In this document: one piece after another, positions 33,901-44,761 of the stretch
Layout of the letters: each line of letters opens with the position of its first letter
Position numbering within the stretch: position 1 is the first letter of the stretch
NCBI GenBank assembly: GCA_048013815.1
Contig: CM106586.1
Coordinates: forward strand, 22,630,001-22,694,000
DNA length: 64,000 nucleotides
Reading direction: 5' to 3'
Origin: Setoptus koraiensis
Taxonomy: Eukaryota; Animalia; Arthropoda
The notes under the pieces: model-generated
Seen by the model: only the letters and a program-made list of their open reading frames with translations
Told to the model about the DNA's origin: nothing
Database searches by the model: none
Position numbers and translations under genes: made by a program

Positions 33901-36900
33901 CGGCGGCAATATAGTCGGCGACCGGGTATGACGGCCCGCGATGGCGAGCGCCGGCAAAGGGTGCGATTTGGCCGTGCGAGTATGATTGACCGTTTAACGG
34001 CCACCAGTCGCCTGTTATGATGCGATTGGCCGAAATGATGAATCACGACCGAGTTGGGCTGCCCCTGTCGGGCCGTCCCGTCGGATGCGCGCTGCCGAAG
34101 CGTCAATATTGATTATGATTTATGGGACCGTCAGGTCGTTGTTTTGCGGCCGCTTTTTCGGGCCGTCGCCGTTCTGTGTGTGCGGCTCGGCGCGTCCCGG
34201 CACCGAGTTGCCGATCGCGTGAATCGGCCAGCGAGCGGCTCGGCGCGGGCGAGCGGCTTGTTGCGCGACTCGCTCGATTCGGGCCGGAGCTCGGTCGTGA
34301 ACGGGAACGCAGACGCCGGCTTCGACCGGCCACTTCTTTCTGGCCACTTGCCCGACTTGCCGACTATTCGCGCCGCCGTAAAACTTGTGCGGCCGAAGCG
34401 GCCGAGTGCGCGACTGAAGCAGCGCCTGTTGCCACCTCTACGCTGCCGGCCAGCCCTCCGAATTGCTTCGAATCTCGGGCTTCGAATGCTTCGAATCTCG
34501 GGCTTCGAATCTCGCAATTCGAATGGCGGGTTCCGAATGGCGCTTCCAAGTAGCCAGCGGCAGGCTCGTCCGCAGCGGCGAGCTAGACTGCGATTTTAAC
34601 TGCTCGCCAGGTTGCCGCTCGTCGGGCCGCTGCGAAATAAATAGCAAAAGCAATAATGTGAGAAGCGCCACCGGTTTAGTTGGCCAGTTAACGCGCCCGC
34701 CATTAAACGGCGCATCGCTCAAGAGCGTAATCCCGTCCATTTTGTATTCAGCCGTTTTATCCATTTGGCCATTTGTCTATTTCGGCCACTTGGGCCGTCC
34801 CGTCCAATTTGGCCGGCCGGCCGGCCATCTCCGCCAATTTGATCAGCTGTTGGCCAACATTCGCCTGGTGCCAGGGCCGGCGATGGGCGGCGTTGCATAT
34901 TTCGTATCATTATTATTATTGCATTATCGTCTAATATTATATAATAATAACAGCACTCATAACATTGGACGCACCACGATGACGGTCAGCCGCTTGCAGC
35001 ATGAAGCATGCACCACCGCCGACTGGTCACTCTATTTTCCCACGCATAATTCACCTGTTGGCGGCGCTGGCGAGCTCAAACTGCGCCACTTACCCACTAT
35101 TATAGTTATGTAATAATAAGTATAGCGCTGGCAAGCTGCTGCGCCGGATTAATGGCCGACCAGCCGACGCTGGTCATGATCGAATGCAGTGCGACCATTA
35201 TCATATTACCATCATATTTGCCAAAATCAATTTATTCAATTTATTGCCCGCCACCAGCGGCTACAAGTTGCCCAAATTGAGCCAAATTGAGCCAAGCGGC
35301 CGCACACTTAATACGAGCGCGGCGCCACTTAATTTATTGAATGACGATTATTATCGTTATCATCCAATTGCATTATCATTGTGTCCATTGGGCAATCTCG
35401 CCAACTCGCCCGGTGCCACTGCGGCCATTGCGACGATAAACTGCGCCGCTCCACTGACCGCCGAGCCATGAAACAAAACAATTCTTTCATATAATTTATA
35501 TGATGCAAACATAATTGTTGCCACTGGGCCTGATTCCCGTTTTTGCAGACTGGCCGCGCGCATCGGGCGCGTCGGGCTCGCCAGGCCGATGCGCGCAACC
35601 GGCGCCATCGACACAAACACCGATCCGCGAGACGGGCTCGATGCGAGTTCTGCCGCCTCGAACCGCCTCGAAGCCGCTCCGACATTCGAAAACATGCCTC
35701 GAATTTCGAGGATCGAAGTTCGAAACACGAAAGCGGCCGCTCCGGCGCAGGCGCGCTGCACGAAGTGGCCCTAGTGGCAACGACCGCGTCCCCCGAACTT
35801 CCGAATTCCACATTCGAGTTCGAATGCGACTTCGAACGCCGACGTTCGAATGCGAATTCGAACGCTCCCGGCAGCGAGAAGCTGGCCGACGTTCGAAGCG
35901 AGAGGCTGGCGCTCGGAGCGAGTGGCAAAGGCCAGCCGTCGTGCCGAACTCGTCGAATCGACGCCGGCCAACCGATTCGGGGCCGCTGTGCGAACGTGCA
36001 AAACGCACAGAAGCCGCGACGGGAAACACGCGCCAGTGAAGCCGAACGAGCGCCAATCCGGGCTCCTCTCTCTATACTCTTTGTGCTGTCGGGTGCTCGT
36101 TGGCTTCTTTCGGTCGCTCCGAAAATGCGCGCTTCCCACGCCGACAGCGACATTTTCGAGCACGCCGGCCGTCTGTTGCCACTTGTTGTCGTTGTTGTCG
36201 TTGTTGTCGTTGTTGTCGTTGTTGTCGGTGTTGTCGTTGATGTTGTTGTTGCCGCTTCACGGGTCGCGCGCATTGTTCATGTCGGCACTGCAACAGGTTG
36301 TCGGCGTTGCATGACACCGACATGAGCACGTTGCGCACCAGTGCAAACACAAACAAGCGCGCAAACGAACAAACAAACGACAACTAACGAGCAAACTAAT
36401 TAACTAAGACAGGCTAATTAAAAGCCGGCCCGTCAACGTTGTTGTGTCTTTGTTGTGCGTCTGCGCACATGCAATTGTTTGCTTTGTCGTCATCGTTGTC
36501 GTCGTTGTTGTTGTCGTCGTCGTCGTTGTTGTCGTTGCTGTTGTTGCCGTCCGTGGAGCCACTGCAATGTCTTGTTTGTTGCTGTTGTCTTTTGACAATG
36601 TGATTCTTTCTCTAGAGACTCGCCACAGAGATTGTCAAAATTGCTGATTCGCCGAAAGATTCCGTTGCGATCATCTGGCCCGATTGTTGGCTCACTCTCT
36701 GTCAGCCTGTGACAGCCAGCCCGTGACAGCCAGCCAACAGCTGACCGAGCGGCGATCAGTGACAGCCAAAACGTCACGCCGTCTTGCCGTGGCTGTCACC
36801 GGCTTCACAACTGAGCGAGTCAGCCGCGAGACGGGCCAGTTTCCGGTTGACGAGCGGCCAGTGGCGAACAATAACAATGTAACTTTATAAATATATAAGT

Positions 36901-38803
36901 AATTAGTGATATCCGATTCATTCGTGGCCGCACACTGCTTGGCATTATGCTATTATGGTATTAGTTAGCGATAGTAATGACTATCCGAAAATGATGATGA
37001 ATATCCGCGCGGCGCGGATATTCATCGCGCCGCGATGTTCGCCGCACCGCGCCAATGTCCGACGCCAAACGGGCAACATTATCCCCGACATTATCCCCGG
37101 CCAGCTGACTTGCGCTGTCCCGTGTCCGGCCGGGACAATATAAATATCCGCCAGTGGCTAGTGGTCAGTTTGCAGCCAGCAACGGGCGACGGCTGAACCG
37201 AAATTGGGTCACATACGGTGGCCATTGTTGGGCTCGCATCACGAGCTCATTATGCGCGCCTATCCAACGCAATCCGGCTAATTACCTTGTTATTGCATAA
37301 CTTTGAGCTGATGCCGATTTCGAGGTGCATGTTGCGTAATGGTGGCATGAAACGAAAGTCGCTCGGTGCGTTTGTTGCCGGCCGAACAGTCACAAGTTGT
37401 TGCCGCTGTTGCCGATGTTGTTGCTGTTGTTGTTGTTGCTGTTGTTGTTGTTGCCGTTGTTGTTGTTGCTGGCTGTCGGCCGACAGCCGATCAGATGGAG
37501 CCGATCTGATTGGATCAGATCAATTCTGTTGTCGGCTGACCAATGCGAACTGATCAAATCTGTGCGGCGCCACAAGCGACTGCCACCACAAGCGATGCCG
37601 TGCCGACACTTTGCATGATATCAAGACCAACTTGACCACTGCCAGGCCGACCGGCAAGGCGACCGGCAAGGCGACCGGCAAGGCGACTGGCGAGCCGAAT
37701 GTGAGCCAACAATCAGCAACGGCGAAGCCTACAATCATTGCTGCTGTCCGTGTTGCGACCTGGTGATGATGTAATTAACGGACAACAACAAAGGCAACAG
37801 CACAACTGGCGCTTGTTGTTGTTGTTGCAGTTGGCCGACATGAGACGCCAAGGCATGCAAAGGCGACCAAAGTGACCGGTCTTGCCAGGCATTGCGAAAG
37901 GCAGGCCGGTCGTTGGTTGTTGCGGGTTGTCGTTGCTGTTGCTGCTGTTGTTGCTGTTGTTGCTGCTGTTGCTGCTGTTGTTGTCGGTGTCGTTGGCACT
38001 TGTCGTTGCCGGTTGCAGCGGCCAACAAAAGCGCGCCACCAGGTATAAATATGCATCGCATGGGCACGATATATATACGACTCAAGACTCTCGAGCGAGC
38101 TCACCTGAGCGCTGCTTGTTGCTCCAAATTTGATTACGCAAGCGGCGGCGTCGCAACTCATTGTGTGTGTCCGTGCTACCGTTGTACGCGCCATTGTTGA
38201 CCGGCCCGTTGCTTGTGCCTGTTGCTTGTTGCTTGTGGCGGCCGGGCATGGCCCTGGGGCCGACAAATGTTGCGACCATTGTTGTCGCTGCTACTGCCGC
38301 TACTACTGCCACTGCCACTGCTACATTATTATGCAACATAACGTTATTGCGCAACATAACGTTATTATGCAACATTGCGTTATTATGCAATATTACAGTA
38401 TTACGCAACGCATTATGCAGTATCATGCAACATGGCATCTCAGGAGGACATGCCAACACATGTTGTGTTGAACAACAACGACACGGCAACATGGACAGTG
38501 GCATGACACACATGCTACTTGCGATACCTTAACAATATCGCCTGGCCCAATGTAGCTTGCCATTGCGTAATGTGGCCTGGCATTGCGTAACAACAGAGTT
38601 GATACAAAGTAGCCGCAATAGGCGCTCTTCGCATTGTTACGCAACATTACGTTACGTAAGGCTTATTACACACACACACACACACACAGGTGAGCTGCGG
38701 CGCCGGAATTAGTAGCAGTGCCACTGATGCCACCACTTGCGCCATTGCTTGGGCCAGCAGTGGGAGCGCAAGATAAAAATAACTGTAACTGTGCCGCCGC
38801 TCA

Positions 38804-38841
38804 CTCACCTGCGCTCACCTGCGCTCACCTGCGCTCACCTG
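38804..38841. promoter_or_regulatory. Four CTCACCTG motifs at 10-bp spacing
   Basis: Copies at 38804, 38814, 38824 and 38834. Confidence 0.45.
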
Positions 38842-39515
38842 GGCCATTCTCATTTACCTGGACAGCGGCGGCGCCAGTGTCGGGCATTGTGGCGAGGTCG
38901 TGCTCTGCACAGGCCGAGATAATGAGATGCTGCCGTCAATTGCAGCAACGGCGCCACTTGATACTGCTGCTGCTTGATATTACTGCTGCGATATCATGAT
39001 ATAATGATATGATGATGATTATCATAACTGCCGGCCAGACACCGAAATGACACAAACAACCAAACACAACAAACAACCAAACACAGCAAACCGGCCACCA
39101 CACACAACGCAGCCGCGTTACCCGGCGGCCGGCCGGCCCGATAATCGACTGGCCGCCGGGCGGCCGACTGGCCAACTGACCAACTGGCCGCTGGCTGCAG
39201 CCGGTGGCCGTAACTGGAGCAATTGGACCGTTGTGTTCGGCGAGACAACGTACGCGGCCAATCGGGCGCTCGGGCCATTGTTGCGGCGAGCATGCAACAG
39301 GTTGCCGGCAGCGGCAGTTGTTATTGCAAGCTTATTTTAGCGAGTTGCGAGTTTGTTTACGCCGGTCGCCCGACGGTCGCAACAAGCGTCGGCCGGGCCA
39401 ACCGACCGGGCCGTTCGGCCAACAGCGGTGTCACTGGGCAACTATTCACGAGTGAATACGCGAGCGCATAACATCGATGATTGCGCCAAATTCCACTGCT
39501 CGATTGGTGCCAATT

Positions 39516-39591
39516 GGTCACTATCGGCCGCCGCTGGTCACTATCGGCCGCCGCTGGTCACTATCGGCCGCCGCTGGTCACTATCGGTGCC
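39516..39591. repeat. 20-bp tandem repeat GGTCACTATCGGCCGCCGCT x3 plus a partial copy
   Basis: Read directly from the sequence. Confidence 0.9.
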
Positions 39592-40312
39592 AATTGGCTG
39601 CCAGTGGGCCAGTAGTGTTGGCCAACTGGCGGCAACGCCGTTTCATAATGACCGCCATTTCATAATGATGGCCAATTTTGTTTTTGTTGAGATCGCTGGG
39701 CAAAATTGTGCCAGCAGTTGCTTGCAAACAACGCTCGATTTGGGCAACTTTCGATGGCCTGGCGTGCCGATGGCCGGCCACACCAAATCACACTGAATGC
39801 GTGACACACACACACTTCTTGCCGGACACACAGTCGGCTAGCTCGCCAGCGAAGCGCTCACCTGATCAAATACTCATCTCATCGAGCAATCGCACCGATA
39901 ATCGGCGCCTCCGATAATCGGCGCGTCCGATAATCGGCGCCTCCAATAATCGCCGTGTCAAGCGAACACAAGATTGTTAAAAAATACAGCCGATACAAAG
40001 CGTCAAGAGTCGACCAATTACCCGTTGTTACCAAAAACTTGTTACCAATAACTTATCAGCGACAACCATTCAGTGACAATTATTGTCTCGTAGCTGCAAG
40101 TGGCAAATTGCGCAAGTTGCGCAACAGCCACTAATGAGCGGCCACTAATGAGCTTTTCAGCCAATGCCAAACTGTAACCGATGCCAAACTGCAACCGATG
40201 CCAAACTCCGACTAACGCCAAACTTTACAAATATCTCCCAACGTCTCCCCATGTCTCCCCGTGTCTCCCAACAACAATGCCCCGACGACCGACCGTTATT
40301 TCCGGCACGCAG

Positions 40313-40411
40313 GCCCTGTTCACGCCCCTGCATCTGGCCTGCCAGCAGGGCCACAATCAGACGACCCGACTGCTGCTGATGGCCAACGCCAGGACGGAGG
40401 CCAAGAACAGC
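40313..40411 (+). CDS. ANKRD6: ANKRD6/diego-like, coding exon 3 (99 nt, ankyrin repeat 3)
   Basis: cacgcag|ALFTPLHLACQQGHNQTTRLLLMANARTEAKNS|gtaagt; matches ANKRD6 [20 protein letters not shown]. Phase 0-0. Confidence 0.93.
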
Positions 40412-41674
40412 GTAAGTAGCCAATTATCTCGCACCAATTTCAAATGTTTCACTGCGACTCGCATTATGCGACTCGCATTATGCGGCTCGCGCATTTTCGG
40501 ACATCGCATCGTCGGACATTCACACTCGGCTGAGTGACTCGGCGTGTTAGTTGCGTCAGTCACAGTGCTGCCCGCTGTCGGCCGGTTGCATGAGTCGCGC
40601 GAGACAAGCGCCGATGCGCAACATCCGGTTCACCATCAAAAGTATGCCCGTTACAGCCTGTATCAATCGAATATTCCCAAATACATTCCATGATCCAAGT
40701 CCGTCATGTTGCGCAATACGCTCTGCGAGAATAATGGTAACGTAATGTTTTAAACAGCCGGCCAATATTAAACGTTGCGCAATACACACACTGTGATACG
40801 TTAATAGTTAATTGCCGGTCAGCGCTGCCGGCATCATGATAGCCCATAAGTTGCCACTTGCTACAAGTGCTACAAGTGGTCAGTTGCAACAAGTTGTAGG
40901 CGAGTCGCAAGTTGTAGGCGAGTTTCAGGGCCAATTTCAGCAAAGTGTGGCAGGTCGTGCCTTCGCCACTTTGATCGCGTCTCTCCGTTGTCGTGCCCGA
41001 CTCGAGATTCTCGACTCGAGAAGCCTCGAGGTTCTTTTGGCCGGTTCGAAAGAATCGCTCGGCCAACAGGAACTGGGCTTCGGCTCGCCGTAGAAATCGT
41101 CGAATCGTCGAAATCGTCGAAACCGTTGGCTCTTCGGAGCTGGCGTCGAAATGCCAATTGCGACGAAATGCTGATTGTTGCCAAAGTCAAACAGAGCAAA
41201 CTGCTGCAAACTGTTCGAGTCGCAACTGCCCAAGCGCCCGTCGGCGCCCCTCACGCGCGCCTACCCACATGCACCCACACGCACCCACATTGAGCCCACA
41301 TGCACCCACACGCAAGTCACATGGAAGCCTCGTCGTCTGCGGGCGTCTCGCCCGGGTTAGAGCCTCGAGCGGGCTGCAACTCGACCCGCGGTCGCTCGAC
41401 CGGTCGCCTCCTCCTCGCACTGCCAACCGCCAACTACCCGCCGCCAACCGCCGACCGCCAACTACCCGCCGCCAGCCGCCAACCGCCAACCGCAAGCGGG
41501 CCCCCGGCATTTCGAGTCACTTGAGACCGCGACTGACAGTTACTGCCGATCGTTGTGGGTCGCAAGCGCTCATTTCAACCAACAGCCAGACAACTGATTT
41601 ATTTATTGCGTCATGCAATTTGCATGACAATCGCATTCATGAATCTCGTGCTTTCACTTTTTTCAACGCAGCGG

Positions 41675-41894
41675 CTAGTGAAGCGCGGCGAGTTCCCAGG
41701 GAGGGGCCCTAACTTGCTCGACCGCTCTCTGAAAGCCCGAGAGCGGCTCTGCGGGATCTGCGATCAGTTGAGCCTGTTCGCGAGCGCTCGCCGGGAGCCC
41801 CCCGTCGGCCGCTCGCTGAGTTATGCGTCCGCTCGCCGAGTTGTACGTCCGCCCGCCGGACAGGAAGTTCAGTTTCTGCGTGCGTCGTTGGCCG
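41675..41894 (-). CDS. Candidate novel nested gene B, terminal exon
   Basis: atcacag|(C)GQRRTQKLNFLSGGRTYNSASGRITQRAADGGLPASAREQAQLIADPAEPLSGFQRAVEQVRAPPWELAALH*. The phase-2 acceptor matches the upstream donor. 51 of 72 codons end in G/C by my count. Overlapping AATAAA x2 on - at 41598-41607. Confidence 0.55.
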
Positions 41895-42103
41895 CTGTGA
41901 TAGCGTTATTTGCGCCACACCCAACTGGCTGCCGCGGGCGCTTGCAAATCGACTGGAGCCCGACAGAGAACTATGCAGCAAATCGAACACTGTACCCGTT
42001 GCGCCGCGCCATCTATGACATAATACCAAAAATGATAATGAGAGACGTGCTGAGAGCGCCCCCAGCGGACCCGACGGCGCTGGGATCTCGCCGGGACGCT
42101 CAC

Positions 42104-42180
42104 GTCAACAGGCGGCACGGATCCCGGTTGCACCGGGCGGGCCGTATCCGCCAGTTTGGGCAGCCAGCGACGAGCGACGG
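42104..42180 (-). CDS. Candidate novel nested gene B, exon 2 (77 nt)
   Basis: gccgcag|PSLVAGCPNWRIRPARCNRDPCRLL(AC)|gtgagc; GC3-rich codons; phase 0-2. Confidence 0.5.
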
Positions 42181-43286
42181 CTGCGGCTTGCGGTTGTTCT
42201 AAATTTAGCGCAAACAAACATCTAAATTCAAACAAACCCGTTGCCCACATAGATGTCGGTTGTCGTGTTCGTGCCCAATCGCCGCCGGATAAAAATTCGC
42301 ACCGACAATTTCGGCGGTGGCACTTGGGCATTTTTCGTGCATTGATCACTGTCGATGGCTCATTGATTCATGACAGTTAATTGCGGTTATTTTGAGCGTT
42401 GTTCGGGCGCCGCCCGACTGAATGCATGATCGACGAGCGGGGCACGGGACATGTTTTTGGGGGTCTAATGCATGCGGGACATGCGGATCTGTCGGGCATG
42501 TGTGCGGCGCGCGGTACAAAACGGTCCGACGGGCAAAGCCGGAGCCGGCCGGCCCGACAGGCACGAACGATAAGTGAGAAGATTGGCACCTGTTGCGGTT
42601 GTCGTTGTGCCGTTGTGTGGTTGTGCGGTTGTGTCGTTGTTCCGTTGTGCCGTCGTGTTGTTGTGCCGTTGTGTCGGTGGGCTCGGGTCGAAACCGTTGG
42701 CCGCTTGCTCAAGTGCGGTCCCGAACGCGGGCACCGCAAGCGGGCACAATTGTCGGTTGCGCAATGGCCGGACCGTGCGAGATTGCAGCGCCAGCAACAA
42801 CGACTGGTCAGACGCTGCAGCAACGTGAGACTGACGCTGCATTGTTTATTATTGTTACGTAACGCAACTTGCTTGCGCTTGTTTCGTTGCTCGTCTCACC
42901 TGGCCTGCGCAATATTGCGTAATGTAGCACTGCATTACGTAATGCAGCGAAACGCAGCGTAATATTGCGTAATATAGTGATATAATAAGTATGAATATTG
43001 ATGACCAATTGTTGCTGTCGCTGTTGGTGTAATTGTTGCTGCTAGCGATGCTGCTTGTGGCACGCACGGCGCAGCCGGTGCAGGTCGCCAAGTGTTGCAA
43101 CTGCACCGACAACAGCAACACAACAGCAACACAACAGCAACACAACAGCAACACAACAGCAACACAACAGCAACACAACAGCAACAGCACAACAACAACA
43201 ACATGGCAACAACTGCATCGACAACAAGTGCACAAACGAGCAGCCAATTATTAACTAGACCAGTGCTCATCTCAGGTGAGTCTCAC

Positions 43287-43640
43287 CTGACGGTGCATGC
43301 GCAGTGCGCCGGTATTGGCGCTATTAAATGATTGGGCATCGATTTGGCGGCGCTGTTGTTGCGGGTGGTCCGCGCCGGCAACAAGTGTGGGCCAGCAACA
43401 ACAACATGCGCCAACAACAGCAACAACAACGGCAACAACAACGGCAAGCAACAACGACGGCAAGCAGCAACAACAACGGCAACAGCGCCAACAACGACGG
43501 CGGCAACAATGGCCAGCGAAACGAACACTCGTTGCGGCTCGGCTTCTAGTCACTAGAATCCAGTGGCTTCGCTCGGCCTCTGGCGGCTTCGACGCGCCGC
43601 GACGCTTCCTTTTGCGAGCTTCGAACGGCCGCCGCCGCAT
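43287..43640 (-). CDS. Candidate novel nested gene B, putative exon 1 (basic N-terminus, Cys tract, signal-anchor)
   Basis: MRRRPFEARKRKRR...CCLPSLLLAVVVAVVVAVVGACCCCWPTLVAGADHPQQQRRQIDAQSFNSANTGALRMHRQ ends at a CAG|GTGAGA donor, phase 0. This is the weakest of the three exons because CAGGTGAG is common here. Confidence 0.35.
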
Positions 43641-44693
43641 TCGCAGTTGGCCAAATTCGTGAATTGGCCGGTCGGTGAGTTGGCTGGCCAAGCTCGCGAA
43701 TCGATGCGCTCGTTGGCGGCTCAGGAGAGCGAAAAGGAAGCGCAGCCAAGGGGCTTCTCCTCGGCTCGGCCAAGGATAGGCCGAGCCGAGGAAGCTCGCG
43801 ATTCGCGAACAATCACGCCAACAATAAACGAGTGCGCGGCCGTAATTCTCCGGCCAGTGCGGCCGGTAATGAGCGCTGTCCGATGGCTCGCGGATCCGAC
43901 GGCCGCGGTCTCAAGTTGCCCGGCGCAAGTTGGGCCGCGATTCGCGATTCGCGAACCGTATGCCGTTGTTGCGCCTTTGTTGCGACGGCACAATCGGTGT
44001 GCGATCGATGGTCGTAATTATATCGTGCAACAGTCTGTTTATCTATTCATCTGCTGTCAGTGGCCGGCTCACGACGTCGCGGCCGCTCGTTGCAACTTGC
44101 AACCACCGGAGGGACCGGCGACGACGCGGCCATCATTAGCAGCCGATTGTGCGTTTATTCTGCGCTTCTTTTTCTCGGGTTTATCGCTCGCTTCGTTCGC
44201 GAACAACTCGGCCAATTTACTGGCGAAACAATCGCCAGTAAATGCTGCCACTCGCAGACTTTGCAGGCCAGTGCCTCGCAAGACGGGGCACAGCTCGCAA
44301 AGTGACCGCATCTCATGCGCGTGAGATGCGCTTCACATTTCGGACACCGAAATTGTGCGCAAAATGATGCAAATTCAACAGCGACCCAACTCGATTCGAG
44401 ATTCGCTGGCGCCGCTTTCGAGCGCCGACTCGCGACGCAAACAATGCCAGCCAGCAGCCAGTCGTAATTCGAGCGATCGTCATTATGTTAACGAGCCAAC
44501 TCACTAATTAACTGCTCTGCTCCATTATTCGGGCCGCTTTTTATTGCCCCTCGCTTCATTTGGCCGATTCGGTCCTGTTCGGTCTCATTCGGTCTCATTC
44601 GGTCTTTTTCGGTTTTTTTCGGTCTCATTCGGTCGCGTTTGGTGCGACTTGGTCGAGTTTGACCGAAGCGACCGAGCGGCCGGCCGCCGATTC

Positions 44694-44761
44694 ATTCAGG
44701 CCGGCCCGCCATTCAGGCCGGCCCGCCATTCAGGCCGGCCCGCCATTCAGACCGGCCCGCC
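44694..44761. repeat. 17-bp tandem repeat ATTCAGGCCGGCCCGCC x4
   Basis: Read directly; one mismatch in the fourth copy. Confidence 0.9.

Noticed and set aside
34054-36325. Long overlapping ORFs of 180-314 aa on both strands
   Set aside because: Built from TTCGAA-rich and CAA repeats, with no domain signature, splice-consistent chain or codon pattern like the real exons.
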